From contig CP158635.1 in the NCBI GenBank assembly GCA_050273025.1, positions 17,360,001-17,424,000 of the forward strand: a DNA stretch of 64,000 bases, in the 5' to 3' direction. Position 1 is the stretch's first letter. The number at the start of each line of letters is the position of its first letter. This stretch comes from Cenococcum geophilum. Its lineage: Eukaryota. Positions 11,657-24,359 of the stretch are shown here, in pieces. Made by a program: the position numbers and the translations under genes. The notes under the pieces are model-generated. The model was given only the letters and a program-made list of their open reading frames with translations. It did not search any database and had not been told where the DNA came from.

Positions 11657-14600
11657 ATAATAATAAATTCAATTTACCGCCCGTCCCGGTCCCCCTAGTG
11701 GGTCCACGCAGGCTAATACCTTCTATAGGAAAAACTCTAACTTAGAGAAAACCCCACCTCAGGCCACGCTAGAGAGATAGCAGCGTTCCGACATCGGAGC
11801 GCCGGCGGCTCGCCTTCTACCTACCTTTAAGTCTGCATATTAAGCCAACTAGCCGCGCTTCGCGGATAATCTTACTCTACCCCCTTCTTTCCTTATCCTT
11901 TTATTCTTATTCTTTTACTAGTTCTCTAGGCTTTAAAAGGGCTAGTGTTTACTTATGTCCTCTATATCTATTGCCTTTACTACCTAAAACTAGGGTAACG
12001 TACCTAACTATACTAGCCATTTTACTACCGCTTAGGCGCTTTCTTTATTATTTAAAATATCCTAAAGGCGTTTAGAGGCGCATTTTGCTATAAAGTCCGC
12101 CCTTTAGTAGTATGGACACTAGAATAGTATATAGTAGACTATCTACCTTATCTAGCCATATTTGCACCGCGGGAGAACTGCCAGTACACTAACGGATACA
12201 AGCTATATATTAAGCCCTATTACCTTTATACAAAGAAGAAATAGTGCTATAGCCTCTGCTTTTGTTAGGCCTTTATATAATAGGATTATAGGTTTCCCCT
12301 ATAGGGTCTTCTATATGGTTTCTATACGGTCTTTAGCCTTTACCTACTACTATCGTCGCTATTCTAAATCTGCCCATTTCGCGATAAAGGTAGTTGCCTG
12401 CCTTTAGTACTGGTGACCTCCTATATAGTAGCGGCGCTCCGCCTGCGCTCTGCCGGCATTTTACTAGCCATACTTATAGGGGTTTATTATAGCTTCCTAC
12501 TCTATATAGTCCTTCTAGTACGCGAGGAAGCCTTATATCTCATTTTTACGGTCCTTTATACGTTCCCTAAGCGCTTCTAATAGTACTAGTAGCCGTTTTA
12601 TTTTTTACTAGCGCTTTACTAATATATTCTAGATACCGTTAAGTACCTCTACTAATTCCTTTTCTACCCTATTAAAAGCCGTCTTAGTAGCTCTTTAGAG
12701 GGCTATCGTTTTAATATAGAGTTGGATTAGGGGAATAGCCGCTTCCTTCTTTATTACAGCTATTAGTGTTTACTAGTATGCCCCTATAACCCTACGGAGA
12801 CACTAGTTTTAGACTTTCTATAGTAGTTTAAGCAAGCTTTTCGCTGGTGTTCCGCCGTCATCCTATACTCCCTATACTTGGGCGCTATACAGCATCGCTA
12901 GTTAGACGGTGGCTGTATATAGGAGGTATAAGCGGCGCATTAATAGGCCCTATATAGACGCGGTAATCCTTAATATTACTTTAAAGGCTACTAAGCCCTT
13001 ATTCGCGGCCTTTTTAACCTATTCTTTCTATTAGAGCTTAGGGTCTACCTAGATCCCTAGGACTCGCATACTAGTTTTCTAAGGGACTGTCTCGTAGCCG
13101 GCGATACGCACGGTAGACGTAAGGTCTACGGTGGCGTGGCGCTGTTGCCTTGTAAAGTATATAAGCTAGTACTTCTTAGAGGCGAACGCCGCCCCGTATT
13201 AATTTGCCTATATAGCGTAGCAGTTATAGGCGGCCTCTAATTATTAACAGTTCTCTATTATAGAGTCCCCCTAGGTAATAAGGTTTATATCGTCTATAAA
13301 GCTAAACCCTAGTATACCGCTATTAGGGCGCTAAAATTTCTCTAACAGCTCTAATATAAAAAAGAGAAATAAGATTAGTGATAAGGGTGACCCCTAAGGG
13401 ATGCCTATCTATGTCTAAATCTAGTTACTCTTATATTTTATAAACTTAATATAGGTTTTATATACTATTAGGAAGCTTTATATAAAGTTTATAAGCCACT
13501 TTAAAAAGCCTTTTTTTTTAAAATATAGAGGAGCCTTTTATAGGAGATGTTATTAAATACCCCTACTAAGTTTAGGCTTAGTATTAACACTATATACCTA
13601 CAGCGCGTTTGCTACGCCATCTATACGCAAGAGCTAAGCAGTTCTACCGCTAATAGTGTAGATTATTTACGCCTTGCTCCTATCTAGTTCTAAGAAAGTA
13701 GCCTATACTCCTTTGCAGCCTTAGATATAATATTGGCTATATACTTTTCTAGGACTTTTACTAGCGTATTTTTAAGGGTAATTGGTCTATAGCTACCTAG
13801 GAGAGAGTAGTCTTTCTTTTCTTCTTTACGTAACACTATAGTTATAGATTCTTTAAGGCTTTTTAGTATTATTTCGCTGGTAAAGCAATAACTAGCTACT
13901 TCTACTAAATCTTTTATAATAACTAGGGCAGCTACTTTAAGGACCTCGTTTGGTATGCTATCTAGCCCTAAAGCTTTTCTATTTAGAAGACTCCTAATAA
14001 GCTTACTAATTTCTTCTGTTAAGATAGTGGGGCTAATATTAAGCACATTTTGTTCCCTTATTATCTCTATATTACTAAGGTCTGCTATTTTAGTTTTAGG
14101 AAAGAACTTAGCTATAAGGATATTGGCCTTTATAATATTATTATCTATTAAGGGATCCTTAGTAGACCTCCTAAGGTCTAGTAGATAGGGGTTTACCTTT
14201 ACTATACTTACTTTTCTACTCTATTTTAATAGAGTCTAAAGTCTCTTATTATATGGTTTTAACTAATCTTTAGTAAGTTTATAAATAAAGCGTTTTTAGT
14301 TATTATAACTAACTCTCCTAGTCTCTTTTTACAGTTAATTATTTAATACTAAATATCTTTAGTAGTCCTTAGGGTTGTTATAGGCTTAGAGCTATTGTCG
14401 CGCCTATTAGGCGCCGGCGTGGAGCTATATAGCCTATGGCAACTATTTTTAATAGGCCTGCCGGCTAGGCTGTGCTTATAAGCAGTATTCTTTAAATGCT
14501 TACTTAATCCCTTCCTAAAAGGCTTAAAAGGGGTCTTTAGATGTGGTTTAGTTAAGCTCCTAGATGCTTTAGAGAAAGCCCTATAAGTTTAGCCTTTTAA

Positions 14601-17600
14601 GGACGAGGCGCTAGCGTTCCGCTAGTAAATAGCCAGTATTATTAATTTAGATGCGGATTAGTATATAGTCTCTTATAAGGGCCCATTCCTTAATTATACT
14701 ATAGAAGTTAACTTTTTTATATAGATCTGGTAATATAAACGTAAGGTCTATTATACTCTCCTATTGCCCTCTTTTCTATATAGGCTCTCCTTTTAGTATA
14801 GCGAGTACTAGGCCTCTAGTATCGGTTTCGGCTAAAAGGCGTTCCGCCTGCTCTTTACTAGCTATATACTTTCCGCCCTATATCGGATAGTAGGCGTTAA
14901 AGTTACCTAAGAGTATAATTTCTCCCTTAGCTTCCTTAATAGCCATTTTAACCTTAGGCTATGCCCTAATCTAAGGGCCATCTTTACGCGGGTTATAGAT
15001 ATTAATAATTATAGCCTCTAGCCCCTTTAGGCATACCTAGAGGGCTGCGGTAAAGGGGCTATACTATCTACGCTTTTAATACGCGGCGTTAATATTCTAG
15101 CTAATTATAAAGCAGACCTTTATTATAGGGAGAGCGTTATATATAAGTATAAATCCCCTAGGGCAGTATATTAATTTGGTGTATCTATTATATGCTAGCT
15201 CTTAAATTATAAGGACCTAGTAGTCCGCTAGCATAACGCTATTAAAGAAGGGGCGATACGCCCCTTAGTTTGCATTTCCGTAGTTATACTAGATAATTAT
15301 ATACTTACTTATTTAAAGTAGGTGTGGGCTTATCTATATCTATATCCTATTCCTTATTATTTTCGCTATTAACTATTATTGCTCTATTAACGCAAAGCCG
15401 GAGCCTTAATTATAATCTATCTCTGCTTACTATTTTAATAAAAAATAGTTTGCCTAGTCCCTATTTAAGTGGTTATTCTTAGGTCCCTAGGTAAGATATT
15501 TTCTATCCTCTTTTCTTATTAGTGCTAATTATAAGGTTTCCTAGTATTAAGGGTTAGTATATTATTTCTACGGCTTCTTATATACGGAGTAACTGCGTTA
15601 AAAGGGCCATCCTCTTAATTTAGATACCTTTAAGGTAGCTTTAAAAGGTCCTACACTTTTTTCTTTACTATACTTTATAGGCTTTACCGTAGTTAATATA
15701 GGATACCCTTTCCTTAGGGTAATTTGTGGTGTTATATAGTCCTATATATTACCTATATTTCCGCTTAACACTATCAGCACTTACGCTACTCGCTGCCACC
15801 ATTAAATCTGCATGGGCGATGCGAAAGGACTTCGTAGTATCAATGCTTAGCCTAGATATTAGTGGTGCCTACAACAATGTACCCCACGAGCGTCTCCTGT
15901 ATATCCTTAGGGCAAAGGGCTTCCCAAAATGGATTATATAATTTGTCCAAGGGTTTACAGGCTAGAAAGAAACATCACTGGTCTTTAGCGGATACTAGAG
16001 CCCCCCTATTGCAGTTGCAACAGGAATACCATAAGGATTACCCCTCTCGCCTATACTCTTTCTTTTCTTTATAAGCAACCTGCTTAACTCCTTTAAGGAA
16101 GGGGCAACCTAGGGAATAGGCTTTATTAATAACATAAACCTAATTATATACGGGCCAACAGCCGTAGAGAATTGCAGAACACTAGAGAAAGCCTATAACA
16201 CTTATATAGAATAGGCAAGACGTTATAGAGTCTAATTCTCACTAGAGAAATACCAGCTAATCTATTTTATAAGAAAACGCAACTAATCTGCAGATCTCTA
16301 GTATATAATTCGCATCTAAGGCTTTAGGGGTTAACTAGTTTAGGGCCTAAGGGTACTAGGAGTATAGGTAGACATTAAGCTCCGGTGGAGCGTATATGCG
16401 GCATAAGCGGCCTATAAAGGCTAAGCACAGTTTATCGCTTTATCTAGGATTGTTAATTCTATATAAGGTCCATACTTCTAGAGGTTACGCCTACTATATA
16501 TAGTAGTTGTCTGGCCAACCATAATATATAGATCCAGTATTTGGGCCATTAGAGAAACTAAGAAGGGCCCCCTAAAATTACTCCTTAAACCACTTTAAAA
16601 GGTCTAAATAGCCTACCTTTAAAGTATTATAGGCGGGTATAAGTAAACGGCCACAGCACTGCTTAAAAAGGAATCTAATATTCCCCCCCTATAGTTATAT
16701 ATTAAAGCCGCTATAATATAAAGAACATAAAATAAACGTAACTCTAATATTATAAAGTATATTAAGACACGTCTAAGTAAACTATAGAGGGACCCTAGAG
16801 TACCCTATAGGAGAATAAACTAATAACCTTAAAGTAGGGAAGAGATATTAAAGAAACAGGTAAAGAAAGCAGAAGAAGAATAGTATTACTTTAGGGCCCA
16901 GGCCTATATAAAGGAGGAAGGAAAACGCGCAAGAGGTTAGTAAAGATAATAGTAAGACAGAGAAAGGAGCTAAAGTAGAACACGTAAGAACGCTAGAAAA
17001 CTATCTACCGTAATATAATACTAGTTAGACTAACACTAAAGAGGTAAATAGGAGTCAAAGGTATAGAGGCTAATTTAGGTAAGACAAACCTAAGCTATAG
17101 TATAGTTAACGCTATAGGGGGTAAATACCTAAGGGCTCTAAGAAGGCCTAATAAAGGCAGAAAATATAATAGTAACACTCTTAAGAACAGGGGTAATAGG
17201 ACTAAAAGATTGGCTTTACTGGGTAGGTATCCTAGTAGGTAGCCCAAGATGTAAATATAGCTAGCTAAAACAGACACCAAAATATATAATACTACTATGC
17301 CCCCTACGCACTAATTAAGAAATAATGCTCTTAGTAGCTAGTATAGAAAACTATAATACACTACTCTTAATATAAAAAGGCCTTAAGGCGGTTACCTAGT
17401 GGCTTATTAGTTAAAATATGCTAAATTAGTTCTGGGTTATAAGGGAAATAGTAATAGAAGGTAAGGGAGTAAGCAGTAGGTGCCCCCTAGTAACTCTACA
17501 GTAGTAGAGTAAAAGTTTATAATACTAGCGCGTCTATAGGCTAATTACGGCAGTAGTAGTTCCTAAGGAGGTTAAACAGTAAGGTAGTAGAGCACCATAG

Positions 17601-18945
17601 GCAACTTATAGGCGCTAAGTAGGCGAGTCCTAAAAGGCGGGGAGATGGATTATAGGGTTTTCTCATTTTTCTTAAATAGAGTTTTCTCCCCATATATAAA
17701 TAAGGAGTAGTCCGCGTGGGCCCAATAGGGATCTAAATCGGACGTTAAGCAATGAATTATTATTATTATTATTATATTACCTATATTTTATTTACTTTCC
17801 GTATACGCTTTATATATACCCCTATTAATTACAGTAATAGCATTACTTTATAATTATACTATTCTTAAATAGCCTAGTTTTAAAAAGCTAGGATTTAATA
17901 ATTATTCTACTTTTTACAATCTTTTACTAAATTACTTAGGTTAGAACGCTAATTATAATTATTCCCCTAGTCTTCTTAGGTTCTTTTTAAGCGCTGCTAA
18001 AGTTTACCTAGCGTTTTACCTACACTTTAGGGTCGTATAGCTATTAAATCTAGCTAATAGCTATCCTAAGTATAAGGCGCTTTATAGCTTTATAAATAGA
18101 TTAAGTTAATTCTAAATTATCTATATCCCTTCCGCTATTAATTAAAGTCTTAAGTAGGACTCCTAGTACTTTTAAGAGGTAATCTTTTCTTAGTATCCTA
18201 AGTCCTAGCGCGTCTAGCCCGTTTAGGATTTAGTTCTTTATTATTTAGGAGAAGATATAGACATTTATATCCCTACTATTAAGGGTGCGTACAGTATATA
18301 CGCTTAGTATTATTCTCTAAATAGTCTTAAAAAGCTCCCCTAGTTTATAGCCCTAGGGCTCCTTAAGCCGGACGCGTATACTCGCTCTCTATAGTGCCGC
18401 GACTGTGTTTACTATATAGGCCGCCTATATAGTAATAGCTGCTTAGGTTTAAACCTATACTAGGGGAACTCTTAGGCCTAAGGGTCCTCCTTTACGCGTT
18501 TCTTTTTAGATTTTCTTAATACTAGCTTTAATTTAGTTAAGCTGGGCCTTAGTTTCTTATTCTTAGGTTATTTAGGGGACTAGACGCGTAGAAAGAGCTT
18601 TAATATACTATATTACCTCTTAAATAAAGGTAAGTATTTAATGCCGTAGAGTTTCTTCCTCCTCTTTTATAAGATCGTTTTTAATTTATTTAAGTATTTC
18701 CTTTAGTTTTTGCTATTACTAGCAGCTGTCCTTTTCGCGTTATTACCCACCTAGTTCGTGGTTCGGTTCCTGCGCGTCGCAACTCTTACGACTTTAGCAG
18801 GAAGCCTGCGCCCCTCCGTTATCCCCCATGCTCTAAATAGGGGCGACGTGGTTTTATAGGGTTTCTTAGTGCGGGGAATAGGATTCCGATATCGGGTTGC
18901 TTTATTAAGTGGTTTTGGGCTAGTTTCGCTGCTGTTACGGCTTTT
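11657..18945 (-). mobile_element. Full-length Tad1-like LINE (copy 1), RIPed, interrupted by LINE copy 2
   Basis: (TTA)n-type tail at 11657-11665; RT relic (KALGLDSIPNEVLK, YRPITLKNTL), endonuclease region ~14600-15310, ORF1 with zinc-knuckle relic split across 15760/17789; TSD TACCTTACTATATA at 11643-11656 and 18946-18959. Confidence 0.88.
15761..17772 (+). mobile_element. 5'-truncated Tad1-like LINE (copy 2, different subfamily)
   Basis: RT motif SMLSLDISGAYNNVPHERLL; (ATT)n tail at 17757-17772; 16-bp TSD TATATTACCTATATTT at 15745-15760 and 17773-17788. Confidence 0.9.
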
Positions 18946-18988
18946 TACCTTACTATATATTATCGTTGCTTATATTTACTCCGTAACA

Positions 18989-19637
18989 GTTATATATTAC
19001 TATAGCACTAGCGTAGTAAGGAGCCTTAAGCTCCTCGCCCTTCCTTATTCTAGAAAATAATAAGTATATTAACTAACATCACTATAACCTACTTAAGTAG
19101 TTATTATTAGTAAGTTATTTTATATAACTAATAATAGATATAAGGGCTTTTAGGTTATTTTATATACTAGCTAAAGCGGTATAAGGTCTAGGTTTAATAT
19201 AATATAGTATTACGGGGTAAGTATAAGCGACAATAATATATAGTAAAGTAGATATTATTAAGCTATATATATAAACTATATAATAAGATTAAAACATTAT
19301 ATAAGGAAAAAAGGTAAGAAAACGGGAAGAAAGGGTATATATTATTAGCTTAGTTACTTAGTTAATATATATATAAAGTAGAATAGGATTTAGATAGTAG
19401 TCCTAACAGAACTTAGTAGGATTTAGTAAAACTTAGCGGAATATAGTAGAATTTAGTAGAACTTGGCGAAATATAGTAGGATTTAGTGAAACTTGGCGGA
19501 ATATAGCAGAATATAGCAGATTGCCGTCAGATTGCCGCAAATTGCCGTTAAATTGCCGTCCCATGGTTAGTCTTTAGTTGTTAAGTCGGTAGAAACAGGT
19601 AAACGTGTATAAGGTATCACGGGGGAGTCTCGTAACA
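18989..19637 (-). mobile_element. 5' LTR (19208-19637) and gag start of a related LTR element A'
   Basis: Reverse complement begins TGTTACG and ends GTAATA; the sequence after it is a RIPed match to the leader/gag start of element A at 10573-10635. Confidence 0.75.
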
Positions 19638-20910
19638 CTTTGTACCTAATACTAAACCTAAAGCTAAGTAAGAATGGTTATTATAACGCCTTCGCCCAAG
19701 CCAACCTTTTTCGCGGCCTAATTAATTTAATTACGTAATATATAATTTGGAACTATAATAAAAAAGTAGCTTCTCTAATAACTAAAGAAAAAAAGGTGCC
19801 TTTACCTCTACTACTTATTATAGGCGGAGCGTTAACCTCTAACGATTAGGACGTTATTATTAACTATATTAATATTCTATTACTAATTCACGAAGCTACT
19901 AAGATACTTAAATCTAGAGGTAAATCCGGCCTATATAGCGCGATTTAGGAGGTAATTTTTATACTTAATTAGCTACTTAACCCCTTTAAAGAAAAGAAGA
20001 CCTAAGTAGTTAAAGTAATAATAGAAGGCTATCCTAATTAAGAATTAAATTAAGGATTATTACGCAATTAACCTTAATCGCAGGTGGTTAAAACTGTAGA
20101 AGTATTTTAAGAAACTTAATAAGACTCCCGTCTACTGTATAGCCGTTTTACTTTAAAAACTTCTATAAATATATATAGGCAGATCGCCTAGATTAGCTAA
20201 TTAAAAAAGACTTAGCTTTTTTTAAGCTTTGGCTTTCATATAAAGCTAAACTAGAGGCTTTAACTACGTTACTAACTTAGTTACTAACTTAGCAGCAAAA
20301 ACCATCGCATGTGGCGTCTGGTAAAGACGACTATATTCAAGCCAATACTCGTAGCTCTTAAGGCCTTATTAACCCCAATGGGTATAGGGCTTAGAGAGTT
20401 TAAGAGCCTCTTAATTATGATTATCCGCTTGCAAGCGATCCTATATTATATTAGTGGCAGACGCAATTAACTTAGCTAAAGCTCTTAAAGATGGCCCTTA
20501 ATATATTAACAATACTAGCTATAAGCGATAACTGCGAACCAGCCCTTAGTGAAGCTGGTAATCTTTTAGAGCTACGTCGTTTAAGGCTTCGGCCTGATCT
20601 TATTACTGCCTTGCAGTGTAATCGTAGCTATAAAAGGATAGGCTTTAAAAGATCTAGTACAGATGGTAAGTGAGCCACGATCTATATAGGCGATAGTGAC
20701 ATCTAGGTGCTTTAAAAGCAGAGGCCTTATTACCAGAGCCTCTCTTAAAGCCTCTCTTAAAGCCTCCCTTAGAGCCTCCCTTAAAGCCTCCCTCAAAGCC
20801 TCCCTTAAAGCCTCCCTCGAAGCCTCTATTAACGCGTTCCTCAAAGCCGCTCTTAATACCTCGCCAAGCTTTGCGATAACTACCCCTATGTAACTGCATT
20901 ATATAACTAC
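19638..20910 (+). mobile_element. hAT-family DNA transposon remnant (transposase C-terminal part)
   Basis: ORF 20491-20673 ALNILTILAISDNCEPALSEAGNLLELRRLRL resembles the hAT dimerisation domain; 12-bp repeats AGCCTCCCTTAA at ~20737-20830; right boundary approximate. Confidence 0.75.
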
Positions 20911-21192
20911 AAGTCGGGCCGCGGAGGAGAGATTTTGGAGTGGCCTACAGCCTCAATTTTGTATATAACACTAAAACTTCTATATAAAATTCAATTAAGC
21001 GGGCAGGCAAGCCAGGCAAGCCGACAATTTTGGCCAAATAAGCCAAGCAAGCAAGCCAAGCAAGCAAGCTGAGCCTGCTCAGCTTGGCTCGCTTGCTTAT
21101 TCCCAACTCTGAGAGGAACTCTAGGAGAAAAATCATAAAAAGTCGAAACCAATAGCCCTCTCCGCTCATCCCCGCACATGAATGCCAATTGC

Positions 21193-21939
21193 TTACTGAC
21201 GGCAAGCAACCTTGACACCCTTCTCGATGAAGGTACCAATACCCGGAATAAAGCTGGCAAGGACTTCACCAAGCGCACCAGCCTTTCCACAGCCACCTGC
21301 GCTTGTAGCCTTGTAGGACGACAAAGTGACGATGTAGTTATCTGGGCGAAGCACACCATCGTTCTGATACACAAGCACCTTGATGACGGATGGTAGCATG
21401 AAGCCATTGTCCACTTGTATACACTGCGCGGTATAGATACCGCACTGGCAGTCCTTGATTGCAACTAAAGGACCGCAGGCTGCATTTTCCGAGTACGCCA
21501 CTGATTCCTGCCAAGTGGTGCCACGGCATTTGCTGAAGATCGAGCGGCTTTGCTGTTTGCCCAGGTTGTCGACCGCAGCCCACATAGTTTTGATGACAGA
21601 GTTGCGCATGTCCCAATTATTGAAATCGCCAAAGTTGCCCCATTGACCGTCAAGCTTAACATCGACGTTAAGCTTCGGCTTCTCGAGTTCGTGGTTGCAG
21701 GCGCCGTCGAATTGATAGTAGGTAGCATCAGAGAGACCAGCATGGTCGTCGGATTGAGCGTACATGCGCTGCCAGACGGCATCGAAGGAGTTGAGATTAC
21801 CAACGTCGACAAGTTTGTCGCTGAATTGGACTTCAAAGCGGAGTTTAGTGTCACGTTTGACCACGGCGGGTTCGATGGCAGCGGAGTAGGCGGAGGAGAC
21901 AAGGCCGAGGAGGCCGACTGAAAGTGTGCTGAACTTCAT
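21193..21939 (-). CDS. Secreted 248-aa protein with 8 Cys, unknown function (effector candidate)
   Basis: Intact intronless ORF; signal-peptide-like MKFSTLSVGLLGLVSSAYSA, propeptide ending in KR (Kex2-type). Confidence 0.88.
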   Translation of the reverse strand: MKFSTLSVGLLGLVSSAYSAAIEPAVVKRDTKLRFEVQFSDKLVDVGNLNSFDAVWQRMYAQSDDHAGLSDATYYQFDGACNHELEKPKLNVDVKLDGQWGNFGDFNNWDMRNSVIKTMWAAVDNLGKQQSRSIFSKCRGTTWQESVAYSENAACGPLVAIKDCQCGIYTAQCIQVDNGFMLPSVIKVLVYQNDGVLRPDNYIVTLSSYKATSAGGCGKAGALGEVLASFIPGIGTFIEKGVKVACRQ

Positions 21940-22904
21940 GATGATCTGAGATATGAGTTAGCAATCTTCGGCATGTGAAAGATGCATCCTTGACCCAGAT
22001 GATTGAGGTCGTTGTAGACGCTGCAGCCTCTTGTTGTCTCGGTCATGGAGAAGTGTTGACATACGAATTACTTGAAATAGAATCAATAGTCAGGCGGTGC
22101 GGCTGCTTTGTGCTGGTAGTGCTCGTGTGTGAAAGATGCTTAGATGCTATAAGGTACAGAGAAGAAGTGCTGATCTACAAATTTTAGTTCCATTCTTGTC
22201 ATTCTTGTCTTCCCTTATATACTAAACACAAGCAAGACTTATCCCCTCAAAGACTGTATGCTTTCTGCGTAACGCAACCTCGTGAGCTTAATAACATTAC
22301 TGATTGGATATGTATTCCTAATCCTGGACTCCAACTTCGAAGCCGTATCTCTCCAAAGTTTTCGTGTTCTAACCCTGTACCAAGCTTTTTCTTGGAATCC
22401 TCACATAGATTGCTTGTCTGGGCAAGGTGAACACGAGGTAATAACAACGATTATGGTACGCTGTTGTATAAGCTTAGGGCGTGTTCGGTTGCAATCTGGA
22501 GCTTTTTCAATCTGACGTTGATCCGTGCTTTCACTAGCGTCAATTAGTAGATAATTAGTGGCGCTTAATCTGGTGGTTGTGGTCAATCTGAAATAAAGCC
22601 GACTGTTCGGTTGTGTAACGTACGTGTCCCGCACCACGTCGCCATACGGCCAAAAAGACAGAGAGTACTCGCGAACTTGAGCGACTCTTGCGGGATCTAA
22701 TATATGTACTCTTACAGGTTAATTATTCTAATAAAAAGGCCTTGGATGAGGATTAAAATTAGCGATATCTTCTACCTAATCAGATATAAATGGCGATAGA
22801 AAGAATTAAGAAGAGGACATCATATAGGGCAGCTGCTGTAGTAATACCGTCGTCGGTAAGGGCGGTGGCAGTAGGGGCATGGTGGATTGGTGGACGGGCG
22901 CACG

Positions 22905-23140
22905 AGCAGAGCTCCAGATTCGACTTGACGATTAATCTGGAGAAAAAAGCTCCAGATTGATCTGACGCCAAGAGCTCAAGTTCAACTACTATATACGGTA
23001 AAGCGTGCGAATTTGACGCGGTTGCCGATCTGGAGGAGCTCCAGATCAGAAAGTCGCCAGATTGACCGAACAGTCACCTCCAGATCAGATTGAGGCTCCA
23101 GATCAACCCGGTTCTGGAGCCTCCAGATTGAATCTGGAGC
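22905..23140. repeat. Cluster of CTCCAGAT octamers in both orientations
   Basis: Forward at 22912, 22950, 23039, 23078, 23096, 23121; reverse at 22935, 23028, 23132; two more variants. Confidence 0.8.
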
Positions 23141-23169
23141 TGCAACCGAACGCACCCTTAAATAGCCTA

Positions 23170-23303
23170 CGGAGGTGCCAGGGCTAAATTTTATCACACC
23201 GCTTTGGGCAGAATATTCTACCACCAATCAATCAAGGCGCTCTCACTAATTTTGCGCACTGCCACCCAAAGCGGTGTAATAAAATTTAGCCCTAGCACCT
23301 CCG
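23170..23303. mobile_element. 134-bp MITE with ~39-bp TIRs and TA flanks
   Basis: CGGAGGTGCCAGGGCTAAATTTTATCACACCGCTTTGGG and its near-perfect reverse complement ending 23303; TA at 23168-23169 and 23304-23305. Confidence 0.85.
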
Positions 23304-23319
23304 TAAAGCCCAGGGAGGC

Positions 23320-24320
23320 AGTAGACCGGTTTTTCTAGCTAAATAAGTATCCGCGAAACACCTGCCACGTAGAGTTAGCATATAAATTAGTTACAGACGC
23401 CGTTAATTAAAGTTCTACTAGAGTCCCTTACTAATATACTATACCCGATTGATTAATATTAAGTCTTCCGTATAGCCTTAAGGCTCCTGCCGACTTAAAT
23501 TTACTATTATAATCGGTATCCGGCCGCCTAGAAGCTTAATAAGGAGTTATTAAAATACAAGGTGGTAATAGAAAAGGAAGACATGTCTCCCGCGATCACG
23601 TTATCGCGACTACCTCGCGCGCCCGCGAGGTTTAAATAGCCTTGTCGCCGCGGGCACTACTTAATCAACTACACCTTATACGGCAGGTGTATTGGTAGTA
23701 GAGCTTATCCACTAGGTAGATTAATTAATCTACTATCTACCTGCTTAGCAAAAGGTATACAAGCTACCTTATTTTACTATATAAACCTTGTTGTCGATCG
23801 GTAGTCCGTGCACCGATTGTAAGAAAAGAATGAGAACTCTGTCTATTGAATGTGGCTCTAGAGCCTCTATAAATACGTAAGGAAAAGGGTAGTAGACTAA
23901 TTCAGTGACCGTGTCGGAGACCGAGTCGTAGACCGAGTCGTTGACCAGGACAGTAGTAAGACGGTAGTAAGGAAATCCGATTCTAAATCCGACCTGGATC
24001 GACACTTGTATAAAGGGTAGGCAGGAGGTGGGCAGGGGGGTGGCAAGGGTAAGATTAAGCACCTTGCCCATTCGGTTAGGTATTGTAGCAGGTAGATTGT
24101 TAGAAAAACTGGTCTAGTACCCACCCCCCGGCTTAAACGTTAGCATATCAGGGCTAGCACGGCCATTTGCCCTACGAAGGTAGATATAACCTTTAAGAGC
24201 TCTGCTGCCTGTAGCCAAGGCTCGAAATCGAGGGTTTTTACTTGCTAAACCCGTAGTCCTCGCTATCCACACAGGCCCACAATTCCTTCAATTTAACGTT
24301 CATTAAGGGGGGGAGAGTAG
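23320..24320. mobile_element. Unclassified RIP-like repeat remnant
   Basis: Local TpA-rich composition, no credible ORF, ends in a G-rich purine tract; family not identified. Confidence 0.35.
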
Positions 24321-24359
24321 AGAGATTTAAAGTTTATGGTGCGCAGCGCGCTGAAAAAT

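Noticed and set aside
19208..19637. Solo LTR
   Set aside because: Flanks (TATAG vs CTTTG) are not a TSD and the LTR is followed by leader/gag sequence, so it is a 5' LTR.
20735..20830. Common origin of the hAT 12-mer array and the 2123-2455 array (both read EALREAL)
   Set aside because: Only a short AGC(C/T)TC core is shared; flanks show no homology that I can see.
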